Program-made: the position numbers and the translations under genes | From: a virus | Reading direction: 5' to 3' (one strand) | Length of the DNA: 15,861 nt | Virus record (IMG/VR): IMGVR_UViG_3300045988_099736 | Location: 1-15,861 of that record | Shown here: positions 1-7,029 of the stretch, in pieces | How the letters are laid out: each line of letters opens with the position of its first letter | How positions within the stretch are numbered: the stretch's first letter is position 1 | The notes under the pieces: model-generated | Told to the model about the DNA's origin: nothing | Database searches by the model: none | Seen by the model: only the letters and a program-made list of their open reading frames with translations

Positions 1-152
1 GTCGACATAAAATAAAACGATATTTAGAACATTCCCCCATTCAGTTTGCACGGTTGACTAAAAAGAGTGAACACGAATAAAAATATTTTAAAAATACGCT
101 TGACATTTCTATGCGTGTGTGCTATTATATAATTACAGAAAGGAAAAGGAGG
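1..152. repeat. Left inverted terminal repeat (ITR-L)
   Basis: The reverse complement of 15710-15861 equals 1-152 base for base (checked by eye). Similarity continues at 16/19 positions to 171, covering the ATG and first codons. Confidence 0.97.
100..128 (+). promoter_or_regulatory. Sigma-A type promoter inside ITR-L, firing inward
   Basis: TTGACA (100-105), a 17-nt spacer, then TATTAT (123-128) preceded by TGc (extended -10). GGAGG at 148-152 and ATG at 161 follow. Confidence 0.8.
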
Positions 153-160
153 ACAAGAAA

Positions 161-478
161 ATGACTAAAAAGTACAGAGTGAACGAGAGCGAATATTTTA
201 ATTTGTATTCTATGTATGACCGTTTAAAGTGCATTGAGATTGATATGAGAGAGGACACAGAACACTCATACATAGAAAAGCAATGGGATGAAATAGAAGC
301 TCGAATAAGTGAGGTTGAAGAACTTATGGAAAAAGCCTATTGCGTAGGTGCTTTAGTAGACTGGGTGACATTAAAGAGAATTAGAGAGATTAAAGCGGAA
401 CGGCAGCTTATTAGATATAACAATTGTATGCAGCAGGGGGCAACAGAGAAAGAAGCGGCAATGGCATTTTTATTGTAA
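161..478 (+). CDS. Hypothetical early protein (105 aa)
   Basis: ATG at 161 lies 8 nt after GGAGG (148-152). The ORF-track start at 119 is a GTG inside the promoter and was rejected. No recognisable domain. Confidence 0.75.
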   Translation: MTKKYRVNESEYFNLYSMYDRLKCIEIDMREDTEHSYIEKQWDEIEARISEVEELMEKAYCVGALVDWVTLKRIREIKAERQLIRYNNCMQQGATEKEAAMAFLL

Positions 479-495
479 AAGGAGGGAAAGAAAAA

Positions 496-744
496 ATGTC
501 CGAAAGTATAGCACAGCGTATTGAACAGGAACAGATTATTGACGCGAAATATGAGCAGCTGGCAGCTGAATATGCCAGAATCTGCGGTACAATGAAATAT
601 ATGTTAGTGATAAAACAGCTTGATTCTGAGATGTATAAAAGCAATAAAGTTCATATTGATAATGAGCTTGAAAGATTAGATATAGAAAGTGAAAGAATAT
701 TAACTGAACTTGAAAACCTAGTAAATGAAAAAGAACCCGTTTAG
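496..744 (+). CDS. Hypothetical early protein (82 aa, predicted helical/coiled-coil)
   Basis: ATG at 496 is preceded by AAGGAGGG (478-485). The sequence is charged with a heptad-like pattern. The stop codon TAG (742-744) lies in the loop of the terminator hairpin. Confidence 0.7.
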   Translation: MSESIAQRIEQEQIIDAKYEQLAAEYARICGTMKYMLVIKQLDSEMYKSNKVHIDNELERLDIESERILTELENLVNEKEPV

Positions 745-756
745 AACGGGTTCTTT
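730..756. terminator. Bidirectional intrinsic terminator between convergent units
   Basis: AAAGAACCCGTT (730-741) pairs with AACGGGTTCTTT (745-756) to give a 12-bp stem. T-rich tracts follow on both strands. It sits between the + gene ending at 744 and the - gene ending at 768. Confidence 0.85.
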
Positions 757-767
757 AATTTTATACC

Positions 768-1538
768 TTACTCTTTCCTCAGCATCCCTTTCGCAAGCAG
801 CACCACCAATTCCGTATTCTGCTCTGCCGTCCCGGTATACTCTGTAATCCCATTCGCCCTTGCAATTTCTTTCCGGTGCGCAAAACTGCTATCAATTCCG
901 ACCGTGTTTAACGCAGCTACCAGATTAATACCCGGATAGAATTTTTCCGATTTTATCTTTTTTGACATGTCAAATTTTTTACCTCCGATTTTACCGCTGT
1001 TAGTATACTGCCACAACGTAGCATTTTTACTATACTCGTCCTCTTTTGTAGTATATCTTGCATACCACAAAGGAAAATCTTTTAGTTTGCCGTGTAGCAA
1101 GTGGTTTATTAGATAATCCCGGTTAGCATAGTACCCACATTTATACCCGTAAAAGTTCATCGTCTGACAGAAGTTTGCAATCAATGTACTTCTGGAAATG
1201 CGCGTCAATGTGTTCGTATCATATCTGGATAGCTTTTCTTCTGTATCATATTCAAAGTCACACCAAACCCCCAGATTTATTTTATCTTTGTACGGTCTGA
1301 TTGTCTGTTCAAACTTGATGCAATTCGCAGCGATTGTCCTGCCGGAATGAATATACACAAACCAGTAAAACCCGAGATCAAGACTGCGCTTTATGACTTC
1401 ATTCGCAAAATATTTCATCCGTTCATCTTCTGTCACACCACTTCCCGCGCGAACAATAACACCAGTAATACCCGACTTGACAACAGCGTCCCAGTCTATC
1501 GGATAATTCCATTTTGACACGTCTATGATTTTACTCAT
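768..1538 (-). CDS. Endolysin: GH25 muramidase plus a C-terminal ~55-aa putative wall-binding module
   Basis: The N-terminus IDVSKWNYPIDWDAV, the motif WCDFEYD, and LWYARY / LWQYTNSGKIGGKKFD are typical of Glyco_hydro_25 (Cpl-1-type) lysozymes. The C-terminal stretch GIDSSFAHRKEIARANGITEYTGTAEQN resembles a module I recall on Firmicutes wall hydrolases (unverified). It is the last gene of the lysis cassette. Confidence 0.9.
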   Translation of the reverse strand: MSKIIDVSKWNYPIDWDAVVKSGITGVIVRAGSGVTEDERMKYFANEVIKRSLDLGFYWFVYIHSGRTIAANCIKFEQTIRPYKDKINLGVWCDFEYDTEEKLSRYDTNTLTRISRSTLIANFCQTMNFYGYKCGYYANRDYLINHLLHGKLKDFPLWYARYTTKEDEYSKNATLWQYTNSGKIGGKKFDMSKKIKSEKFYPGINLVAALNTVGIDSSFAHRKEIARANGITEYTGTAEQNTELVVLLAKGMLRKE

Positions 1539-1746
1539 GCTCTGATCTCCTTTCTAGTTCTTTTACCCTGTTCGTAATATCGTTGACTTTTGTTTCAATT
1601 ACGATCAGTCTGTCATCCATGCCTGAATGCCTGTCCATTCGTTTCTCTAAAGCATCTAAACGATATTTTATTAACGAATTATTCATAATTGCGACAAGCA
1701 ACGCAGATGCCAAACTACAACTAGCCGTTATAATAGACTCAATCAT
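1531..1746 (-). CDS. Small membrane protein (71 aa), BhlA/UviB-like architecture (possible second holin or holin accessory)
   Basis: An N-terminal hydrophobic helix (IITASCSLASALLVAIM) is followed by a charged coiled-coil tail. The gene lies between the holin and the endolysin and overlaps the endolysin start by 8 nt. The call rests on architecture only, with no sequence match verified. Confidence 0.55.
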   Translation of the reverse strand: MIESIITASCSLASALLVAIMNNSLIKYRLDALEKRMDRHSGMDDRLIVIETKVNDITNRVKELERRSEHE

Positions 1747-1748
1747 GG

Positions 1749-2009
1749 TTAGTCCTCTTTTGTAAGCTGTTTTGGAATCTGATTGATACCAACTGCGGAC
1801 AACCCACTGGCAATGGAAATTGCAACAGCATCCAGCACGTTAGTAGCTCCAATATCAATTCCGGTCACAATCGCAACAACTCCGCAAACGCAGCCAATTA
1901 AAACAGACAAAACAGGCAGCCAGTTGTCTTTTACAAGCTGTGTACGTTTGGCAACCTCTACCAAACCGTAACAAATAACTGTGATAGATAAATAGGGAAT
2001 AACTGTCAT
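1749..2009 (-). CDS. Holin, Listeria phage A118 Hol118-like
   Basis: Three hydrophobic segments are present. VEVAKRTQLVKDNWLPVLSVLIGCVCGVV resembles Hol118 [29 protein letters not shown] (from memory). The C-terminus is charged. An ATGA start/stop overlap links it to the upstream gene. Confidence 0.85.
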   Translation of the reverse strand: MTVIPYLSITVICYGLVEVAKRTQLVKDNWLPVLSVLIGCVCGVVAIVTGIDIGATNVLDAVAISIASGLSAVGINQIPKQLTKED

Positions 2010-2788
2010 AATTTTGTACCTCCTTGTAATAATTTATACACGCTTTCTGATAATTTTATATACGTACTACCATTAACACGCAAGAAAACCCCGTCAAGCT
2101 GCTTTGGTGTTTTGTTAAAGAAAATTGAATTTATCAATCTGTCCCCGTTTGAAGGCAAAAACATGTCCTGCACTTTGAATAAATATCTCGGCGCTTCCGG
2201 TACGATCGGCGGGTCTGGGTCTGGTGGTTCTGGAGGGTCGGGTGGCGGGTCTGGTTTAGGGTCGATATCTTCCCCGTTATATAGTTTTTGCCAAAAATAC
2301 CATCCCATTTCTCCCCGGTTTGGCTGGTTTAGATTTTTAGGGCGCTCATAGTTCCGCAAAAACATGTCGGCTAACATTTTTATCATTGCTTCCACGCTTT
2401 CGCCCGTCTGCCATTGCGTAAACTCGTAAAAGCTGTAAGGATATTTCGAAGTCGCAGCCCATTGTTTTTTGTTTGCAACCTCCCACTTTATACGCTCTAA
2501 CTGTCCTGTCCCGCTGTCGTGTGGGTATCCGTTTGCATCCATCCAGCTAAAAAGCTTTGTTGCGGGTGTCCACTGTACAAGCCCAAAACCTAAGTCGGTA
2601 TTCCCGGCATCTAGATTTTGCCATATTCCCGGGTTGACATGTGATTCCGCCCACATATTTCCCAACATTGCGCAGACTGCATAAGATGTCCATCTGCCTT
2701 GTACGGTGCTGCCCGCAAGGTAGTCGTAAACCTCGCGGGCATTTTCCAACGCTTCGGCAAGCGTTATCCACCTGTTGCCACTTATCAT
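2006..2788 (-). CDS. Tail-associated peptidoglycan hydrolase (phage tail lysozyme type) with Pro/Asp-rich linker and small C-terminal domain
   Basis: MLGNMWAESHVNPGIWQ...GFGLVQWT matches the signature I associate with the Phage_lysozyme2 family. The linker is DPKPDPPPDPPEPPDPDPPIVPEAP (nt 2189-2263). Its position after the fibre genes is analogous to phi29 gp13. Confidence 0.75.
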   Translation of the reverse strand: MISGNRWITLAEALENAREVYDYLAGSTVQGRWTSYAVCAMLGNMWAESHVNPGIWQNLDAGNTDLGFGLVQWTPATKLFSWMDANGYPHDSGTGQLERIKWEVANKKQWAATSKYPYSFYEFTQWQTGESVEAMIKMLADMFLRNYERPKNLNQPNRGEMGWYFWQKLYNGEDIDPKPDPPPDPPEPPDPDPPIVPEAPRYLFKVQDMFLPSNGDRLINSIFFNKTPKQLDGVFLRVNGSTYIKLSESVYKLLQGGTKL

Positions 2789-3540
2789 GCGTTTATACGA
2801 TAAGTAAGAGCCACCTCAGCCGTACTCCATCCCTCACTAGTATTAGGACGACCAATACCAATACGCTCACCTTTGAAGTCACTCTCCGTATAAGTTACTG
2901 GCACAGAACCCTGTTGAATTGTAGCGCTACTTGTTAAACCTTGCACATTGACAGTTCCGAAAACGTTTGACACAACCATTTTTATCAAAGTCATGTTATC
3001 AAGATTTTTATAAAAAAATGTGGCTGTTCCGGTGTTTGGTCTAGATGCTCCGACCGCTATAACTTTAAACACAACCTCCGTAGATGGTTTTGGCGCACTT
3101 TCCAGTGCCGTCACCCTACGATCAAGCTCTGCGATCGTCGTTTTGTTCCCATCCGCTGTCTGCTTTGCTTTTGTCGCGTTCGCACTAGCCGCATTCGCAG
3201 CGTTTACAACATCGGTTGCCGCCGTCTGTGCGGCGGCTGCTTTCTGCTCTGCTCTGTTCGCAGCTTCCTGTGCTGCTGTCACGTCTCCGGTCATGCCGTC
3301 CGCGGTTTCTTTCAGCTGCGCCACCTGTTTTTTGACATCCTCGTGAACGGCTTTCAGATCTGCCTGAGCGCTCTTTACAGTTTCCACATCATTAACTGCT
3401 TCCTCAGCTGTCTGACTAGCAGTAAATAAAGCACCGTCAATTATCTCCATGTCGTTGTTATAGTCTCCCAGAAAGGTTGGCTTGTCTGTCCCGATAAACT
3501 GGGATAATTTAAAATTGGCTGTTTTGTTTGTGCTACTCAT
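2785..3540 (-). CDS. Fibre protein (251 aa): N-terminal anchor motif, Ala-rich coiled coil, C-terminal beta-rich domain
   Basis: GGAGGT lies 7 nt before the ATG. The N-terminus NFKLSQFIGTDKPTFLGDYNNDMEIIDGAL is a motif common in Firmicutes phage fibre proteins. A long A/E/Q-rich helical region is followed by ~100 aa rich in T/V/G. Confidence 0.65.
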   Translation of the reverse strand: MSSTNKTANFKLSQFIGTDKPTFLGDYNNDMEIIDGALFTASQTAEEAVNDVETVKSAQADLKAVHEDVKKQVAQLKETADGMTGDVTAAQEAANRAEQKAAAAQTAATDVVNAANAASANATKAKQTADGNKTTIAELDRRVTALESAPKPSTEVVFKVIAVGASRPNTGTATFFYKNLDNMTLIKMVVSNVFGTVNVQGLTSSATIQQGSVPVTYTESDFKGERIGIGRPNTSEGWSTAEVALTYRINA

Positions 3541-3554
3541 TTTTTTACCTCCTT

Positions 3555-4001
3555 TTATGCAGTCTCTAAAGCTGCAATCCTTTCCTGTAAATTTGTGATC
3601 TTTCCAGCGTTCGCGCTGTTTGCATCGTTCGCAATTTCAACAGCTTCTTCAGCTGCGGTCACCATGCTTTGGGAATTGACGATGTTCTCAACTGCTTCCG
3701 CAGCTTTTTCTTCTGCACCGCTGGCAACCTGTGTTAAAACATTCAGTGCGGGCATCACAGCTAGCAATTTACCCTGCGATAATGTAATTGTGTTTTTTAA
3801 TGTTTCATTTTCTTCGGTCATGTTTGTGATCTCTGTCTGGACTGTTTTCATTTCGTTTTTTACGCCGGATGTTTTACCTTTCAGCGATTGTAAGGCTGCA
3901 TCAATCTTTTTGTTGTTTTCGTTCCAATCCCCCATGAGGTCAACAGCATCTTTTTTTTGATACATTCCGAAATTAAAAAACCTTGTGTGACGTGTAAACA
4001 T
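3555..4001 (-). CDS. Short fibre-like coiled-coil protein (148 aa), paralog of the 251-aa fibre lacking the C-terminal domain
   Basis: It shares the N-terminal motif (NFGMYQKKDAVDLMGDWNENNKKIDAAL) and the C-terminal coiled-coil ending (LQERIAALETA versus LDRRVTALESA). The ATG directly abuts the upstream stop (TAAATG). AAAGGGGG lies upstream. Confidence 0.65.
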   Translation of the reverse strand: MFTRHTRFFNFGMYQKKDAVDLMGDWNENNKKIDAALQSLKGKTSGVKNEMKTVQTEITNMTEENETLKNTITLSQGKLLAVMPALNVLTQVASGAEEKAAEAVENIVNSQSMVTAAEEAVEIANDANSANAGKITNLQERIAALETA

Positions 4002-5336
4002 TTATTGCACCCCCTTTTTAACTGGTAACTCCTTTAGTAAAGCGTTTTCGCAACATAAAACCCCTCTAATTGATGCAAAAGCAAAATTATCAAGAGAGGA
4101 TGTCTCTCCGGGTGCGGCTAAACCGTAAACATTAAAACGGAACTGAATAACTGTTGGCAATCCGTCTTTATATTTATTTTCCGCTTGATAATAATAAATA
4201 CCATTGCCGCTGTTTGTCTCTATGCACAGCCACGCGTGCCACTCATTATCATTAGTGATTTCTACGTTGAAGCCAACTACTGCCGTCCACGTATATGGGT
4301 ATGTTTCAGTTGTTGGCTTTTCTGGTGGTGTTATACTCGTTACGCATTTTTTAATAAACCCGTGTGCACTTCTTCCAATTGTCCGCACTCCAAGTCCATT
4401 ACCAACGTTATAGGTATCATAATAAGTCGCGTTTTCGGTATCCCACCACAACGCATCCTTATTTTTTGCTTTGATTGCCTGACAAGTTTCTGCCATAACA
4501 GTGTCAAATTCCTGCGCGGTAAGGTGCAATTCTGCGTCCACCTGCATAACTTCGTCAAGTGCTCTGGCATGGGAAATCAGATCTCCACTTCCGGGACTGT
4601 TAACGCTTGCATCAAAAACGCCGTACATTTTGCAATAACTTTCCGCATCGAACGCACCCGCGCGGATATACAACGCTTTAAAATCTTCACAGTCCTTGTC
4701 AAAAGCCGGAAACCACGCATCGAACTGTCCACAAGTGATAGCGCACACTCTCAGAACATCGTATACATTATTTACAGTGTTTCCCACTCTGTCCCGGTAT
4801 CCGGTTGTCGGGTCAAAAATACGAAAACCATCTTCGTTTACTTCGTCAATCTCAAGACGCAGCTTTTCCAGCTGCTCTTCAACCCACTCTTTCAAACGTT
4901 CAACCGCAAAGTCTGTGTACTGCTCCAGATATGCTTTTGTCTCGTCAATCTTGCCGTTCAGCTGCGCAACGTCTTTTTCATGTGTAAGTTTGATACTGTC
5001 AGCATACGCCCGCAATTCTGAGATCAAAGTTTCAAGCCGCTTAACGTCTTTTGTATGCTCTGCCCAGTAGTATGCGTCCTGAGTGTCAATGTAGACGCGC
5101 AAGTCTGCCACAGTCTTATCAAGAGTTTTCAAAAGCTCTGCTTTTAATTCCGCCACTTTTGTGTCTGTATAATTTTGATAATTTGTCTCTAAGTCAGTAA
5201 GAAATTGAATAATCTGATTGATATTGTATGCAATCTTCTGCATCATTTCCAACTGACTAATAGACGCATCCCATTCAGATGGCAGTGATAAATAGGCGTT
5301 ATTAAAACATAGCTTTTCCGGTAACTTTTTATCCAC
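4002..5336 (-). CDS. Tail fibre / appendage (receptor-binding) protein, 444 aa
   Basis: The only start in frame near an RBS is a GTG, with GGAGG (5347-5351) 10 nt upstream. The N-terminal half is a long coiled coil and the C-terminal half is beta-rich (YYYQAENKY, WTAVVGFNVE). Its position after the collar genes is analogous to phi29 gp12. Confidence 0.6.
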   Translation of the reverse strand: MDKKLPEKLCFNNAYLSLPSEWDASISQLEMMQKIAYNINQIIQFLTDLETNYQNYTDTKVAELKAELLKTLDKTVADLRVYIDTQDAYYWAEHTKDVKRLETLISELRAYADSIKLTHEKDVAQLNGKIDETKAYLEQYTDFAVERLKEWVEEQLEKLRLEIDEVNEDGFRIFDPTTGYRDRVGNTVNNVYDVLRVCAITCGQFDAWFPAFDKDCEDFKALYIRAGAFDAESYCKMYGVFDASVNSPGSGDLISHARALDEVMQVDAELHLTAQEFDTVMAETCQAIKAKNKDALWWDTENATYYDTYNVGNGLGVRTIGRSAHGFIKKCVTSITPPEKPTTETYPYTWTAVVGFNVEITNDNEWHAWLCIETNSGNGIYYYQAENKYKDGLPTVIQFRFNVYGLAAPGETSSLDNFAFASIRGVLCCENALLKELPVKKGVQ

Positions 5337-5351
5337 CTCTTTTTTACCTCC

Positions 5352-6041
5352 TTAATAGATTTTTAAGAAAAGAGAACGAGAAACCGTGTCCGAGAATTGC
5401 CCAACCACGTCCATAAGCGTTTCCCGGTATTTTAAAATCAGCTCTGCTTGTGGCACATTGTACCCGCTTTCCTGATAATTTTCTGAGTACACCTCTTTTC
5501 CGTTTGAAGATGTTGTTCCGTTCCCGCTTCCCTGATCTACTGTAATTGTAGTAGCATAATCCGCGTTTGTCAAGCGGTTTTCCGGCGTATCGTCAAAAAT
5601 ATTTTTGTTGTTGCTTTCGCTCGTGCTTTTTCCGCTTGCGGTTGTTTCTCTGTCCCCTGACCGTGAACTTTCCCGGCTGTAGCTCTTTAGTTTGTCCAGT
5701 TCCAACAAACACGATTCATAAAGTTTATTATACACGGGCAGCCAGCGCGAAACATTCTGATTGAATTTAAGAATAAAATATTCCGGTGTTTCGTATTCGA
5801 TTTCCCGCATCATATTGTCGATGCAGAACTGCTGGAAAAACGCGTTTCTGAATTCTTCATTGAAAAAATTGTTTGTGTTATACAGCATTTTAGATCGCGC
5901 TTTTTCGATTCTTTCCATAACGCCCATTTCATCTTCCAGTCGGATAAAAGGATATCTTTTTTCTTCCTGTGGATGCAGCGGGTTGTTGTCCTGTGAATAG
6001 TGATAAATGATATTTCGCAAGGTAGTTGTGTGATTACTCAT
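5352..6041 (-). CDS. Lower collar protein candidate (229 aa)
   Basis: Called from synteny: it lies immediately downstream of the connector with an ATGA overlap, as gp11 follows gp10 in phi29. No motif was independently recognised. Confidence 0.5.
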   Translation of the reverse strand: MSNHTTTLRNIIYHYSQDNNPLHPQEEKRYPFIRLEDEMGVMERIEKARSKMLYNTNNFFNEEFRNAFFQQFCIDNMMREIEYETPEYFILKFNQNVSRWLPVYNKLYESCLLELDKLKSYSRESSRSGDRETTASGKSTSESNNKNIFDDTPENRLTNADYATTITVDQGSGNGTTSSNGKEVYSENYQESGYNVPQAELILKYRETLMDVVGQFSDTVSRSLFLKIY

Positions 6042-7012
6042 TTTTTTATGTTTCCCTCCGCGTTATTCATAACGATTTCAGTACCGCCGCCTTTTGAATC
6101 CATGCTGCCTATTCCTGCAATTTCCTGCGTTCCCAGACTTAAACGGTTGCAATTAGGATTAAACTCTACACTAATTCCAGATAAATCTGGGAAAAGTCTT
6201 TTAATTTTCTTAAGTGCTTCTCTGCGCATAAACAGCCCACCGTCACGCAGCGCAAGAATATGTTCTTCGTTCGCTTCCGCTTCGGATTCTACCAGACGTT
6301 CTTTTTTGTAAATGTTCAAGTTATTGTACCCTAACCGTGTAAGGTATTCGCTCCAGATGCAGTTCTTTTCTTTTTCCAGCTGTTCAAGAATACACGGAAC
6401 AGAAAAATCTAACACTCCCTTTGTATCTGCAGAAAAACCGTCTGTATCGTCTACCAAAACAAAAGGCTTCCCGTCCTCCGCTTCGTTAATCGCGTGTTTC
6501 GCGCTATTTACGTTATCCTTATTTACAAAAATTCCTTTCGGTTTCATCTGCAATCTGGTGTTCACGTCTTTCGCTTTTTCAATCATAGTAAATTTCTTTG
6601 CGAAATAATAAATTTCAGGCATAAACGGGCGAAATGTCTGATCGTTAAAAATAATAGCGCTGTCTTTTTCGGTTGCCTTATGGTGGTATCCGCTGGCTGT
6701 GTTGATATAGCGGGTTGTCGGTATATTGTAGATATTAAAGCTTCCCGCTTTTGCGCAAGGTAAACACAGATACCCCATTACATTATCTTTAAAAAAGCAC
6801 ACTGCACCGTTAAAAATTAACGCATGTTCCAAGGCGCGGGTGCTTACTGTGTCTGGCAACCCTGTCCATGTATAGCGGTTTATTGCTAATAAGTACAGCT
6901 GGCACACAAAGTGGTCAAACGTCACGCGTTCATCAAATTTTCTGACGATTTTTGCATCATAACCGACACCACACAATCCAAGCGGGTCGGTTGAAAAGCC
7001 TGTTCTTCCCAT
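6038..7012 (-). CDS. Head-tail connector / portal (phi29 gp10 upper collar type), 324 aa
   Basis: KKERLVESEAEANEEHI aligns with phi29 gp10 KKERMVTDEVSSNDEQI (from memory). The N-terminal LAINRYTWTGLPDT is analogous to LAYQLFEWENLPPT. GGAGG lies 8 nt before the ATG. Confidence 0.88.
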   Translation of the reverse strand: MGRTGFSTDPLGLCGVGYDAKIVRKFDERVTFDHFVCQLYLLAINRYTWTGLPDTVSTRALEHALIFNGAVCFFKDNVMGYLCLPCAKAGSFNIYNIPTTRYINTASGYHHKATEKDSAIIFNDQTFRPFMPEIYYFAKKFTMIEKAKDVNTRLQMKPKGIFVNKDNVNSAKHAINEAEDGKPFVLVDDTDGFSADTKGVLDFSVPCILEQLEKEKNCIWSEYLTRLGYNNLNIYKKERLVESEAEANEEHILALRDGGLFMRREALKKIKRLFPDLSGISVEFNPNCNRLSLGTQEIAGIGSMDSKGGGTEIVMNNAEGNIKK

Positions 7013-7029
7013 TGTTTCTTCCTCCTTTT

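Noticed and set aside
30-42. A short direct repeat CATTC-N3-CATTC, and A-tracts in the ITR, as specific origin-binding sites.
   Set aside because: They are too short to separate from chance. They are noted only as part of the putative origin region, and no claim is made.
54-83. A possible second promoter in the ITR (TTGACT at 54-59 with an A-rich -10-like region at 77-83).
   Set aside because: The best -10 candidates (ATAAAA and TAAAAA) are poor matches. The region is generally A/T-rich, so chance matches are expected. It is more likely part of the replication origin.
119-160. The ORF-track N-terminal extension MLLYNYRKEKE, present on both terminal ORFs (also 15702-15743).
   Set aside because: The extension starts at a GTG inside the promoter spacer and -10 region, upstream of the likely transcription start. 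The ATG at 161 (and 15701) has a canonical GGAGG 8 nt upstream.
2112-3346. Plus-strand ORFs that encode Gly/Ser-rich (2112-2351) and Ala-rich (3020-3346) low-complexity peptides.
   Set aside because: They are mirror images of the Pro/Asp linker and the Ala-rich coiled coil encoded on the minus strand. They have no translation signals.
4185-5021. A long (278 aa) plus-strand ORF antisense to the tail fibre gene.
   Set aside because: It has no RBS. The translation is Cys/Phe/Ile-rich and nonsense-like, and it is fully contained in a well-supported minus-strand gene. It is a typical shadow ORF.
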